Source: Geosiphon pyriformis uo1
Lineage: Eukaryota > Fungi > Glomeromycota
Length of the DNA stretch: 64,000 nucleotides
NCBI GenBank assembly: GCA_016748015.1
Contig: JAAOMT010000706.1
Coordinates: 172,764 to 236,763, forward strand
Direction of reading: 5' to 3'
Position 1 is the first letter of the stretch; the number at the start of each line of letters is the position of its first letter. The position numbers and the translations under genes are program-made. Shown here one piece after another: positions 13,801 through 27,889 of the stretch. The notes beneath the pieces are model-generated. The model saw only the letters and a program-made list of their open reading frames with translations. It had not been told where the DNA came from and searched no databases.

Positions 13801-15545
13801 GTGTTCGTGAAAATTCTATTCCAGTCATAAGATTTAGGAATCATGGAAACCCAAGCTCTTTTCCACAAAACAGGCACATCCCCCACAGTCAAACAAGAAT
13901 TCAGCAAACCCAAAAGACACTTCAACACCATGTCACTACCATGCTTCCACAACTCATTAGGAATACCAGACAGACCAGCAGTCTTGCCATCAGGTAAATT
14001 GCTAACCACCAAAAGCAATTCACTCATATTGATTGAGCACATTACATCCAAAAAAGCATTATCTCTTACATAATTTAATGGAGCATACTGATGAGCCCAG
14101 ACATCAGGCACAACCGAAAGCACTGTCCTCTTCCTAGTCCAGCTTTCTATGATCTCATTAACACCAAGTTTTACCATATCTGGCTCCAATACCAATTCAT
14201 CATTAACAACCAAATGATCGAAAACTACCTTGTGGAAAGACCAATCCAACACACTTCTAATCATCACACCCTTATCAGAACAAAATTTTTCCATGCAGCA
14301 CTCAATGGCCTTCTGAACAGAAGCTTCCTCAGCCAACTTTGACTTATACATCTTGGATTTTCTGTATTCCTTCCAAAATAATGACAATTGCTTTAAGACA
14401 TCTGAAGACCTGCCACCAACCTAGATCATATTAGCAATTATGGCAGCCTTACCACCATCCAATTTGGCCCAGACATCAATAAGCTGATTGACTCTTCGCA
14501 AATCACCCAATCCCAGCCCTTTAACAACTTTAGCAACTAACAGTTCTAACCTGAAAAACTTAAAAGAGAATTTGTTTCTGAAACACTGAAACTTACTGAA
14601 CCAATGCCTCGACAATATCTCATCCGCTGACTCTACCAACACCTTTTCCAAAATTACCCACATGCCATCTATGTTAACACAAGCCAGAGTGTCCAAAAAC
14701 TCACCAGACACAGCCAAAAGCTTGGCAGAAGAGCAGTCCCTAAACTGAGACCATTTGGTCCCATCAGCAGTCTTAATGAGAAACTTCCAGTGATTTTTGT
14801 TAGCCTGCTTGCGCAAGCTATTCAAATGGCTGTCCAAGAGGCCATCCAAACCAATAGAGACAGAAACTGCACAATGATCAATGTCAAAAAAATCAAAAAC
14901 AGAACTGACCCCATGGCCAGTGATGGCAAAAGCCAAACTTTCACTAACAAAAATGAAATCAATAGTCTTTTTGACCCCCCTAGAATTGCTTTATGTAGAA
15001 TCACTGACCAAAGAGTGGCCAGCAAATGAATTAACCAAATCCAACCCCAAACAGAATTTGAAACTCATGCTTCTTCTAAATCCATTTTCATTGAAATTTC
15101 CACCCAAAATAACAAAACAGCTGAAGTTAACAGCCTTAGCAATAACAAAGTTCACTTCAGAAGCCTGACCAAAACAAGTTCCAGAAAATGCACCCATATA
15201 CAAACCAACAACAGACACCGAAAGCTTATCCTTGAATAAGAAACACACCACTACGACACAACCAAGAACCTCCTCAATCTTAGTGACATGACAGGCCAAG
15301 GAGTTGGCCATAATAATAGCCACCCCAGCACCATGAAAACTCTTATCCAAACCTGAAGAGAAAATTTGCACACCATCAAATTTATTTGCAATCCACGGCC
15401 TAGTTGAAGACCTTAACTTTGTCTCTGTGATAATTGAAATCAAATTTCCAGAATTAAAATACCAGCGCATAACATCCTCTTGTTTAGCAGAAATGTTAAT
15501 GCCACGAATGTTACACATAGCCACCTTCCAAACCAAATCACTTAT
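10854..15545 (-). pseudogene. LINE ORF2: AP endonuclease, reverse transcriptase, RNase H, C-terminal zinc finger; broken by stops and frameshifts
   Basis: APE: CNIRG, TETKL, GGNFNE, IDH. RT: LQDMRKIYDSV, QGKVFSPLLW, FVDDTI. RNase H: FTDNS, AELQAI, SNSQ, KRHSG..N..AD. Zinc finger: CLLCCEVELSDHVFMC. Confidence 0.92.
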
Positions 15546-17406
15546 TGGAACAAAGAGGCCAAAGACGAACCTGAACCAGAACACAAGAGATCTAACTTCA
15601 CCAGAATTGAACTGAACAAAGCCTTTAGAGCAGACATCTTAGATTCCAAACCACCCATCTTGGAGGTAAAGACTTTTGAATTACTTGAACTGAGAACAGT
15701 AACAGACTTACTACTACCAGAAAAGGAAGGATCAGCTGAAGTCAACACATCATTCAAAGCCATATCCGAATTCACAACTGGAGCTAAAGGCACAGAAACA
15801 GCCAAAGAAGAAGCACAAAGAGGGGCCACCAATGGCACCAGTTCAATGAAACTCAATTTTTTAAGAATAACAGAAACTTGATCTGAAAGAATCTCCAAAA
15901 AGTGCTCTAATACTACTAAACAATTATTTAGACCAACAATCTGATAACTAGAGGGGCCCAAAACAGGAGGTGTGTCACCAGAAAACAAACCAGAACTGGA
16001 AGAAAAGCCACCAGAAGAGAAGGCATTAAACACCATCTGAGCCCATGATTTGCCACCAAAGGCAGCAGAACAAGAGATGGAAACATTTTTTTGGCATACA
16101 ATCTTGCCAGCTGAAGACAATTCACACCAAAAAAAGGTCTTTTCAACAACTCAGAAGATATAAGAGGTAGAACATCAGAGGCATTGCACTCTAGGACTGA
16201 ATGACCAAAACGTCCACACTTCCTACACCAAACCAAATCTAATCTAGCCCAAGAAAGACGAACACCACTGAAAATAGGTTCAGTGAGAAAAGCAGATTCC
16301 AACTCCTTATTAGATTCAAAACCAACCACAGTACAATAAAACCTATTGCTGGTTTCCAATAAACAATTAATGATGCAAGACCTCCTACCAATCCCATCCA
16401 AAAGAGTACCAAGATTATGCACAGTTGTTTCCACTGGCAAAGTAAACAACAGCACTCTGAAGCAATCTCTAGATGCCCAAATATTCCGATCTCCCATGGC
16501 TTTGGCCACATGCACTGAATCTTTCCCGATTAAAAATGACCACTTTAAGGCCAACAGATTAGCTTGACTCGATTCAGTAAACTCCACTACAGTCTTCTGC
16601 CACATGTCGATCAACTGAATCCTGATAAATTTAATTTTCCCAAATGTGAATACTGCAGTAATGATTATCTTTTTTGGTGTATCCATGGAAATTTTTTTGA
16701 TAACTATGGCCTGATCTGAGTGCACTCCTTGTTTTTTGAGATCAGTGTTAACAATAATCCCATTTTCTCTGACCAATGATGTGGCCTTTTCCATGCTCTC
16801 TTCAGAAGTGAAGGTAGATCGGATGATCCCTTCAAATTTTGAGAGAGTAGTGGCCCCCCCAAAACCATTGACAGAAGAAAAAATTTTCTTAATTAGCTGG
16901 GTCTTTGCCATTGTTGAATCACCATCCACAGCTGAGAGATTAATATCCAATGCAAATGATTTCTTGATCGATACTTCCACAGAAGTCTTAATAATTTTTG
17001 GATCGATCCACTTTTTTTTCAAAGAGATAGGCAAATGAGAAAGAAGCACAATTTCATCATCATCTATAGTGAAATTAGGAGAGCCAAGCAGAGAGCCGAA
17101 CATTGTATCAGTATTAACATGTTTCACCTTGGAAGTAGTGACAGCCGAGCCCAGCAGAGACCTCTTATTTAAACCAGTTATGCCAACATCTTCATCATCA
17201 CCAGACATACTATCCACATTAGAAAATACACTATCACCAGGCCCAGATTTACTCAAAGAGATATCTTTCTTGTCACCAGAGTGTTTAACATTCTCAAGAA
17301 CCACTTTTTTTCTCTGAGCAAAAAAACCACTAACAAAACCATGGAAAGCACCTTTGGACGCCTTCTTTTTGGACATATCACTGCTCAAAGCAGTCTTCAA
17401 ATCCAT
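15542..17406 (-). pseudogene. LINE ORF1 (RRM-like region plus CCHC zinc knuckle), frameshifted near 16090
   Basis: ORFs 15928-17406 and 15542-16120. CRKCGRFGHSVLEC is a CX2CX4HX4C knuckle. C-terminal coiled-coil-like MGGLESKMSALKALF. Confidence 0.85.
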
Positions 17407-20400
17407 GACAAAGGATTATTTAAAGAAATGTTGAAAGATTTGACAAGAAAAAACAGAAAACTTCTTTTTCAGAAATACACTTTTTTGAGGATTTTTGGAG
17501 GTAAGAAAGAAAAAAGTATAATTATATAATTAATAATTTAATTTGTATAATACACAATTGTGATAATTAAATTATGCAATATATTAAACTCTATAACATT
17601 TAAAAATTCACTAAAATTTGTAAAATTTCATAAAATAATTCAATAATTTACCAAAATAATTTATAGTTTACTAAAATGTATCTTTAATTTATTGAAATAA
17701 TAATAATAATAAAAATACAAGTTTAAAGAATAATACTACAAGTTTAATACCAAACTACTATCTTTAACTAGTTCAGTTTTTTTTATATTCACTTTATACC
17801 TAAATTTTACAAGTTACAACTTTGAACAATATAATTCTACCAAGTGTTTAATATACTCAACAATAGTAGAAATAGCTTTTTTCTTTTTATTAATAGCTGT
17901 AACAACTTTTGTGTACCAATTTTTAAACACAAAACTTTTATAAATTACTTATATTTGACAAATACATAAAAAAAGTCTTTAGAACAGCAAAAGTAGAAAA
18001 AATGCAAGTACTTCTCAATAAAATCTACTATTCAAAAATCTTTGCCAAAATTTCTTTGCAAATATTATTATTTTTAATATAAGTAAAAACATGATTCAAT
18101 AGCTTTATTTTACTATATAACAAATACAACATACTTAAATATATTTTGTTATCCAATTTTTTTTAACTACTATTAATAGCTATCTATATATAGTTTTTAT
18201 TAGATATATATAAATTAACAGACCTTTTACCAATAAATTCAAAAAACATATACAAGTTAAAATACTATATCTTTATAGTAACCAACCAATCTATCTTCTT
18301 AATTAATATACTCAAAATTATATTATAGTCAAAACTAGCTTCTTAATAAGTACAACAAACAGACTGATACAAATTATGAACAAAATAACAAGTATTGCTG
18401 AATATAGCTGTGTTTTCAATTATTAAAAAATGTTTATACACTCTAATTAACAAAAAAAAGAATAAGCAGTCTTATTTATTATTATATTAGTCTTAATATT
18501 ATTTGGAATTTTCACATAATTTTTAATTTTTATTCATTAAATTAAAAATTTTTTATTTTTAATTAAATTAGTAATATACTTTTTTTCTACTTAACATTAA
18601 AAATTTGATATAGCAAACAAAATCTTAAACACATATATATCAATAGCAGCTTGGCTGTTTAAGTACAAAACTACTATACAAAAAGACAAAACACATTTCA
18701 AAGATAAAACAACAGTCTGTAATTTGGCCATAATAAAAGACAAAAGTTTTTGTACTCTAATACCAATACTCATATTTATAGTTAAAAAGTAGGCCGCAGC
18801 TTTATTAGTGACTTTAGCAAAACCAACATTCTTTAAAAATTTATTTGTGTATATTTTAATAGCATTTGACCAAATCTTATATAAACATTTTTACCTATTA
18901 AAAAACTTCTAAAATCTAAAATATTTAATCTAAATAACTTATTAATATTGACAAAATTAATTGCCAAAAAGCTCTTATTACATAAAAACTTTTAATGTCA
19001 ACTTAAATTAGTAAAATACAAAGCTCTTATAATCTAATTTTTTTTATTGACAAAACATTTTCCAAATCTCTTTAAAAAACAAACTAAATTATAATACAAA
19101 AATTTTTCTAAAATATTTAATATTAAGAATTTATTAAAACTATAAAATACATTAGGCAAATTGTTTGCTAAAAATAAATCATTGTTTAAAAAAATTTTAT
19201 CATTTCAATTAAAAAATTGTTAATTAAACTAACATGTAATTTGACAAAAAATTGCAAAAAATTCAAAAAAGCCCATCTTAACAAATGTCTAAGAATACTC
19301 AAAACATTAAAAAAGATAACTACTAAAGCCAATTTTTTTTCAAATTATATTTGTTTAAAGAACTTCAAACTATACAAAAAAAAATAATATAAAGTCTTAT
19401 TAAAAAAGTTTTATAGCAAATTGGTCTTAGTTTTAAGATCTCTCTTAATTATTATGTTTTATTTACAATATACACTTAATAAAATAAAACTAAATTATAA
19501 TTAATAGTTAACAATAAATTATAAAACAATTAACACTAAATAAAAAACTGCTTATTCATAATTGTCTTTTTTAATATTATTTTAACAAAAAACTTAATAT
19601 TAAAATAAGTTTGAGTTATATTAAATTTAAAAAGACTTTCTATTAATAGAAAAATCTCCAAATATCTATACAATTTATCTTTTTTAGTAATTAAAATTGG
19701 CAAACCACTAATTATTAACAAGACAGTTTTGACATTTTGATTGATAAAAATGACTACAGTCTTTTTATTATTAATTAAAATATTATTAATATCAAAAAAC
19801 TTACTAGCAATATTTAAAATATATTGTATAAAAATTTGACTACTTTTAACTTAAATGTGTCATTAATAAAAGCACTTATAATAAAAAATAATATCTTTTT
19901 TTTACTATTTTTTATTTTGCCAGTTTTGGCTACAAACTTAATATTAATTCAATATTATATAAGTGTTTATGTCTTTTAACTTTATATAAAAAAGAATCAT
20001 AAAAAATTCTTTAAAGAAAAAAAATTTTTATTCTAATCTAACTCATTATATATCTTATAACTATTTGAAAATTCAAAATTTGCTATTACTTTATTAATTT
20101 TATCTCTATGTATATTGCCAAAAAATTCAATAAACTATTTATATATTTTAATATATTACAAATTAGCTTTTAGATAATATTATCTTATTAAGTTATATAT
20201 TCTATAAGACTAACCAAAACTTTTTATTTTTTTTTAGAGCATTTTTAATTATCAATTTAATAGCAAAAATAGAAGATTGTATTAATATATTTTTTAATAC
20301 CAAAAAATTATTATCACAAAAAACACCAAATCTGCTATATACTAAAAAAATCTGATTAGAGAAAATTTTAAACAAAATTTTTCTATTTATTTTAATTAAT

Positions 20401-20908
20401 ACAATAGATTGAGTGTTTATTAAAATGCTATTTTATTTATAAGACTTAGAGATTATTAAAACCCATTTTCTTTTCTAAAAAATTGGAATATTGCCTAAAG
20501 ACAAACAAAATTTAATAAAACCAAAAAACACTTTATAAAAACTTTATTACAATACTTTTAAAACTTATTTGAGATTTTAAACAGCTTAACAGCTTTGCCA
20601 CCAAACAAATTATCAATTACCAAAACCAATTTTCTATATTAATTTCTTTTATTACATTAAAAAAAATATTATTATTTATATAGTTTAAAAACATATATTG
20701 ATAAAACCAAAAATTAGGTATCTTTAAAAACACAAATTATTTTTTTATCTATTTTTTTATGATTTTATCAATTTTAAGCTTTATTTTGTTTGGTTCTATA
20801 ATTAATTTTTCTCTAATTACCAAGTGAATTAAAACAGCTTTGCAAAAAGATTATTTTAAAATATTTTTGATTATACACTTTTTGTTAAAGCAAAAATTTT
20901 TTTTATGT

Positions 20909-21574
20909 TGTTATGGATTGGAGTAACAAGCTAACAAATAGCAAAAGAGAACAGAATTGTAGAGTGATGAAAGAAATCAAAGAGAATTCAGCTTTAAAGA
21001 GTAAATTAAATAAGTATGAATTCAATATGCAAGATCAGTTTCATAAAATATCTTAGTTGCTATACTTTTCAAAAGATAACCAGGGAATCTGAAGATAGAG
21101 AAATAGTTTATACTGTCAATAAATGATCACACATTAGTATAATTCTATGCCTTATATTGGCATTCTTAGAATTCAATATCATATATCAGATGTACTCTTC
21201 AGTCACATTTTATTCAATAATCTTCAAATATTATAATTATATGTTTTAAGAAAAGATAAGGAATAACCAACAAGTAATCTTTTATCCCAAGATATTCAGA
21301 TACTTAAAGAAAAAAAAAGAAAAATTAGCAATAAGAGAATAATTGAGATAAAAGTTGTTATTTTATTTATTTATTTTTTTTGATTCTTACATGTTTTTCT
21401 ACAGCTAAGAAATTCATTACTTATATAATTATCAAAAGTGGTCAATAATTAGGTCAATGATTAGATTAATGATCAGGTCAATAATTATTATTTAAAAATA
21501 AAGTGGCTAATTATGTGACATCAGTGGCTAATACATGTGATAATTAATAAAAAGTATAGATTTCAACCATAACA
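20909..21574 (-). repeat. 3' LTR of family C
   Basis: TGTTAT...ATAACA. Direct repeat of 27890-28602. Confidence 0.92.
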
Positions 21575-21589
21575 TCATCTTTTCTAAAG

Positions 21590-22236
21590 AGATTAAGCTC
21601 TGGCAAAATTAGACTATTTATGGGATAATCTATTTGAAAAGTTTTGTCTAACTCAAAGCTAACTAGTTTGTTGAAGTTTTTTGTAAATAAGATATATAAT
21701 ACTTAAGACAAAATAAGTTTTGTATCTAAGAGACTAAATCTTTGTATTAGAGTTTTGGCTTTTCTAACAATAGTTAAAACTCTTGAGACATCTAATCATA
21801 TAATGCCCAAAATTTTTGCCTGTATCTTTGAAATTGTTTTTTTTTTGAGTTTTATATTTTCTATAATTTCTCCAAAATGACTATAGAGTTTTAATTGCCT
21901 TTTATATGACAAATTTTTGTCTATGGGCAAGATTTCTTGGATTGTTTTTCCAATTGTACTAAAAAGTGAGAGTATAACTGCTATTATACTTTCTAACAGA
22001 TATTTATCCATTTTGCTACCAATTTTTTCTTTTTTGGTAGTGGTTTTTTTTGGTTTAATAACAGTATGTGTTCACTGTTATCAGTTATGATGGTTTGTTT
22101 TCCAATAGTCAAAGTAGTATTTGGATAGTTTTTGATTTAATACTCATAGAGAGTATAGAAAATATTTTAAATGTTTTGATTCAGAAAATAATTATTCATA
22201 TTGATTGAAAATACCTCTGTTTTGAAAATAATGCAT
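21590..22236 (-). pseudogene. Extra ORF3 of family C, between integrase and PPT
   Basis: ORF 21796-22011 (LKLYSHFGEII) continues past a TGA as LDVSRVLTIVRKAKTLIQRF...FNKL. Weak motif similarity to ORF3 of A and B. Confidence 0.5.
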
Positions 22237-22239
22237 TTA

Positions 22240-25200
22240 TTTATACTTGATTTTTGCTGATTATTTGGGTCGGTATTACTACAACAGGCAACCAATCAGG
22301 CTGTTTATGATATTTTTTGAGTCATGTATTATAAACAAAATAATCATTAAAGATTGTTTCAGATTGATCTTAAAAAATATAAGAACTATTGTTCAAAACT
22401 TTGTTGACTATAAAGGGTTCTTTCCACTGACTAGAAAATTTATTACTATAGACATTGTCTCTGTCTGAACAGTATTTCAATACTAAGTTACCAATACTTA
22501 AAAAAAGTGTTTTATAGGTTTTCTTTTTCTTAAGCTTTTTTTGGAACTATTTTATCTTTTCAAAAGCAATTATTTGTGTTTCTACCAAAAAATCAAGAAT
22601 AGTACTAAGTTTTCTTTGCAAAATATCTTTGTAATTTTTTATTGTGATTTTTTTAAAAGGTATTGTCTCAATATCAGTTTTTATTGGTAGTGTTGCTATG
22701 TATCTATAGAGCAAATAAAAAGGTTCATAACTTGTTATGTCATAATATACAGTTCTATAAGCAAACAAAGCTAAAGACAGTACTTTGTCCCATAAGTTTG
22801 TTTCTTTACTGGTTTTGGCTAAGGTTTCATATAGTATTCTATTAAAACATTTTATTAAGCCATTTGTTTGAAGGTGGTAAAAAGAAGAAAGTTTATAATG
22901 TATTTCCATTTTTTTACAAAGTTTTTCAACCAGTGTACTAAGAAAAGCTCTTTTTCTATTAGATAAAAGTTCTTTGGAGCAGCCATGACAGCAGATAATA
23001 TTTTCATAAATAAAATTGGCTATTGAAACTGCTGTTTAGTCTAAAGTGGTTCTTGCTTCTACCCACTTTGTAAGATAGTCAATAGCTGTAATAATATATC
23101 TGTTGCCATTAGAAGTTATTGTTAAAAATTTAACAACATCTATACCAATTCTGTCAAATGATTGACCCATAGAGATTGGATAAATATTTTCTTTGCAATT
23201 GGGTTTGCCTCTTCTTTGGCAAATATTACAGATTTTGATATATTCAGTAATGTCTTTTCCCAAAGTAGGTCAATAATAGTAAGCTAAAGTTTTCTGAATT
23301 GTTTTTGTTTTTCCAAAGTGTCCAGCTAATAGATAGTATATATGTTGTATATTATAATTTCTCTTTCTTCAAATCTGATGACTTTTTGAAGGTGGTTAGG
23401 ATTTTTTTTGTTTCTTTTATATAATTGGTTTTGGCAAATTAAATAGAAATTTGATTGTTTGCACAAATGTTTTTTTTGCTGTCAAATATACTCTGGTGGG
23501 TATTGTTCTTTATTTAAAAATTCTATTAAGACAAAGTAATTGTCCAAATCTATTTTGTGTTTATCAAAAGAAAAGTTATTAATAATTAAGATGAGTTAAT
23601 TTAAAAAGTTTGTACTGTTACTAAATAGTAAATTTAGAGAAAACATCAGTATTTTGATGATTTGTTCCTTTGCAGTGTTGAATATCATAGTCAAATTCAT
23701 CCAAGTGGAGTATCCAGCAGGTTATTTATTTGTGTTCTAGCTTCTTTTTATTGTGCAGCCAAACCAAGACTTGATAATCTGTTATTATTAAGAATTTCAC
23801 ACTAAAAAAATATTAATTCCAGTAATTAGTAGCCCAAACTACTGTTAAATATTCTTGTTCAGTTATTGAATAGTTTGTTTTTGCTGGTGTAAGAGATCTA
23901 CTAGCATATGTTATAACATGTTTTTTGCTATTTTCATCTTTTTGTGAGAAGACAGTACCAAGTTTATAGCCAAATGTGTTAGTATAAAGAATAAAAAGTT
24001 GGTTTAGATCAAGTTGCTTAAGAATTAATTTAGTAACAAGTTTTTTCTTTAGAATTTCAAAAGCTTTTTATTAATAAGTACTTTAGTAATAATTAACATT
24101 TTTTCTGAGTAGCTGATTAAGAAGAAAAGTGATTTTGGAGAAATTCTTGATAAATTTGCAATAATAAGAAGCCAAACCAAGAAAAGAATATAGTTTAGAA
24201 ACATTTATTGGTTGTTTAATGTTTTGAACTTTTTCAATCTTAGCTGAATTAGGGAAGATTCCATCTTTTATAATAAGATAACCAAAAAACTGGGTGGATT
24301 GACATTCAAAAAAAAATTTAATTGGGTTTATCTTGAGGCCAGCATTTTTAAGCAGGTCAAAAACTTTTTGCAAGTGTTTAAAATGTTCATCTCAGATTTT
24401 TGAGTATACCATTATGTCATCTAAGTAGACCAGAACAAAGTTTTCTTTTACTGATTTAAACACTTTGTTTATTAAGTGTTAAAAGGTAGAAGGAGCATTG
24501 GTGAGACCAAAAGACATGACTGTGAATTCATAAGTGCCATACTTAGTAATGAAGACAGTTTTTTTTCTGCTTTTTGAATTTATCTCTACTTGCTAGAATT
24601 CAGCAGTTAAGTTAATGGTTGAGAAGAAAACAGCACCATTGAATTTATTTAGCATTGCATCAATTTTGAAAAGTGAGTACATGTCTTTTATAGTAATGAC
24701 ATTTAATTGGCAGTAATCAATACAGAAGTGTAGGGTTCCATCTTTCTTACATACTACTACTACTGGAAAAGTCTATTCACTCTTGGTTTTTTGTATAAAT
24801 CTAAGATCTTTCATCTGGTTTATTTCTTTCTTGATGAACTTATCATTGTGTTAATTGGATTAATAAGGCTTCAAATAGATGAAACAAGTTTTTTTTGTGG
24901 TAATAGTGTGTTGTATTACATGGGTTTGTCTAGGAGTATTACTTTCTTTTGAGATAACTGGACTATTTCTAGCCAACAAATTTTTAATGTCTACTTTTTT
25001 TTTTTCAGGAGAAGGTTCTCTTTATTTTACAACTAGTAATTGGATTTCAGATGGTTTATTCTTAAAGAACTTCTGTATTTTTTTTAGTTCTTCTCTGAAT
25101 ATCAAACTAATTGGCTCCTAATCTTTGTAATAGATCAGACAAAACTTGTATTCATTACTAGAGGAATATAAAAATTTATTATACTAGTATCTAGCACAAG

Positions 25201-27840
25201 AATCATGCCACCAATAACTGTATTTTGCTTTTTTGTTAGGTTTTCTATCAAAGGTTTTTCTGAGAATATCATAGTAGAGCCAGCAAATCAGCTTGTCATT
25301 TACTATGATTCCTTTTTTGTTAGCTTTAACATTGGCCAGTGGCTTGCTGTTGCTAGTGAAAATAGTATAAGTAAATTCAGCAGTTTCTTCTTGATTTTTT
25401 TCTTTATTACTTTTATCATTATCTAATTTATCTGATTGTTCTTCTTCTTGGTTTTGCTTGGGTACTAGAGAGGTTGTCCAATAATGGCACTTAACCATAA
25501 TGGGCTTTTTATCACATCTGATAGTTAGCTTACAAAGTTTATAGTCAAGTAATGCTTTGGCTTTCTTGAGTCACTTATTGCCAACAATTATGGTGTACTT
25601 TTTTGTTTCAGATACTTCCATATTAGTTTCAATGCTAATATCATTAATATGAACAGGAACAGCTTTGACTATGCTCAGACTTTTCTTCTTGTTACCATGT
25701 ATATTAGTCATTGGTCAAATAAAAGATTCATCAATCTTTCTGCCAATTACTTCAAAAAAGTGTTTGGCAATTACACTAACAAATGATCCATTGTTTAGAA
25801 TCAGATCAATAAAGTAACTACTTGGGCTTTACAAATTAAAGAGGTAATATTGCTGTTGTCAGCAAGTTCAGCTTGGTGGGAGTGTTTGTTGGTTTTTGGT
25901 GTTTTTTTTTTGGTATCAATGATTTGTGAAAATTTTTTCTAAACTGTAGATAAGTTATTAGTTGGCCAAATGTAATGTGTGCTGGGGTTTCCATGAAATC
26001 TTTAACAACAAAATAGGGGCCAGATTTTTGTACTATTTCTGGGAGTTCCAACTTTGGAGAATTTTTAAAAACTTTAGCCTTTGATGACTTATTGTTATTA
26101 GCAGTTGATTTGGATGCTTTGTTTGGGTTCAGAATAAAATCAATTTTGGCTTTTTTCTTCTTTCTTGTTAATTCAGAAGTGTTGATTGCTAGTTCATTCA
26201 TGTCATAGTTATTATTAGTTAGGTTAAAAACATAAAAAAAATTTTCTTCTGGTTGGCTTGCATTCTTATCCTTTGGAGGTGCACCTACCAGTTTAAAGAT
26301 TAATAAACAATGGCTTCAACTAAAGAATCCTCTTCAAAGAAATTGATGTTGGCATAATTGGATTTTTGATTGGAGACATTGTTGTTGATAGTTCTGTTGT
26401 TTTGATTGTCATTGTTTTTAAGAGCTGGAAAAGACAGAGAAAGATTGTTGTAATCTCTGGAGAAATGTTCAGTTAATCCACAGTAATAACACATAGGTGG
26501 ACCATGATTTTGTTGCCTTTAATAAAAGAGTTGTTGGAGTTAATTAAAATGAGATTCATATTTGGTCTTTGGAGTTGTTGATTTTCTCTAACTGCTTAGA
26601 CTAAGGGTTCTAATAGCTGGGCAAGATTGGCTGTGAATTTATTTATTAATTGTTTATTGGAATTTGGAGTTTGAGTAGTGAAAAAAGTAACAGCCATTTG
26701 AGAAACAGTAGTTATAACAAAAACAAAAACAAAAACTGGAAGTGTGAATTCCAAGTGTATTCTTTGATTGTCTTTAATTTGTTGGACTAGTTCAATGGCT
26801 ATATTTATTGTAGAATGGTCTTTCAGGGCTAAAAGAGACCAAAGAGCATATGAAAGATTAGTTCTCAATCTTTTTGTAAAGGAATAGATCTTTTGCTTTT
26901 CTGTTCAGTTCTTTCCAGAATCTACTTGCTTAATTAACTTTCTGATTGCTTTGGCATATTCAGTTACAATTTTACCAGAATCTTGGGTTTTTTTTTCTAA
27001 TTCCATGCACCATTTGAATATCAGGATAAGAATTCTAAATTTAGTTTCAAACCAAATTGTAAAAGAGGTGTTTTCTTTTCCAGTATTTGTTAATATCCAT
27101 CTAATAATTCTTTGGTAAGCACCAGCATTGGTTTTTTGTGAAAACCAAGTAGCAGAAGAGCCTTGGAAATAGCCACCAATGATTTGGAACTTGTACTTAT
27201 TATCATATTGATTGGTAGTGGCTGCTTTTTCAAAATCATCTAATCATTCAATTGGGTCTTGTGCATCATCTCTGAATAAAGGTAATAGAATATTGTTTCT
27301 TTATTTTAAAGTAATTTGTATGTCTTGGAGGGCAATCAGAATGTTTTGTTGTATAGGGTTATTAGCCATTGGTTCAGGAGTAGCTGTTTGTGTGGAATGT
27401 TTTAATTCACTTAAAAAGAGATCAAAAACAGGAGCATTTTGATAACTTTTTTTTTCTGTTTTAAAGAGTGTTTCAGCTAGTTGATGGGCAGCAATCCAAA
27501 TGTGAATTTGGTGATTTAGATATTCAGAATTAAGAGACTGTTGTTTAAAGATTGTGGAATATAAAAGCTGATTAATATTATTGTTTTTTTCTTCAAAGTT
27601 GTCTTCAAAATAAGTTTGGTTAAAGTAATAGGTTGTATAAGTTGTGTAGGTTTCAACTGAATGCTTATTCAGGAACCAGTTCCAAAAGTTTTGAAATTGT
27701 CTAATAGATTGTTCTTCAATGGAAAAGCAAATTAAGCAGGAGAGCAAAGGATTAAGTTTAATGAAGTCTAGATTGTTTTTGTTGTATGCTTTAAAGTGTT
27801 TTTCTGATTGTTGTGGCAGATATAAATAATTACCCATACA
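22240..27840 (-). pseudogene. gag-pol of family C, fragmented
   Basis: ORF fragments 27301-27837, 26300-26494 (zinc knuckle), 24083-24373 (RT), 23036-23263 and 22547-22909 (integrase). Confidence 0.88.
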
Positions 27841-27865
27841 ATAAAAAACAAAGTGGATTTTAACA

Positions 27866-27883
27866 ATCTTATAGAGAGCACTA
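27866..27883 (-). promoter_or_regulatory. Decayed PBS of family C (same primer type as family A)
   Basis: Minus strand TAGTGCTCTCTATAAGAT is TGGTGCTCCCTGTGAGAT with transitions only. Lies 6 nt from the LTR. Confidence 0.78.
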
Positions 27884-27889
27884 CTTTTA

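Larger units (their letters stand above)
10718..17520 (-). mobile_element. Full-length non-LTR retrotransposon (LINE; ORF1 plus APE-RT-RNase H ORF2), inactivated
   Basis: Poly(A) tail (T-run 10718-10727). 16-bp TSD attatctaattaataa (10702-10717) / attatataattaataa (17521-17536). Complete domain order present. Confidence 0.93.
10601..17745 (+). repeat. Decayed family B LTR fragment split by the LINE (pieces 10601-10717 and 17521-17745)
   Basis: Both pieces match the reverse complement of 63180-63555 and are contiguous across the LINE insertion. Confidence 0.65.

Noticed and set aside
10798-17529. Many plus-strand ORFs antisense to the LINE
   Set aside because: Shadow frames caused by the A/C-rich strand having few stop codons; no recognisable motifs.
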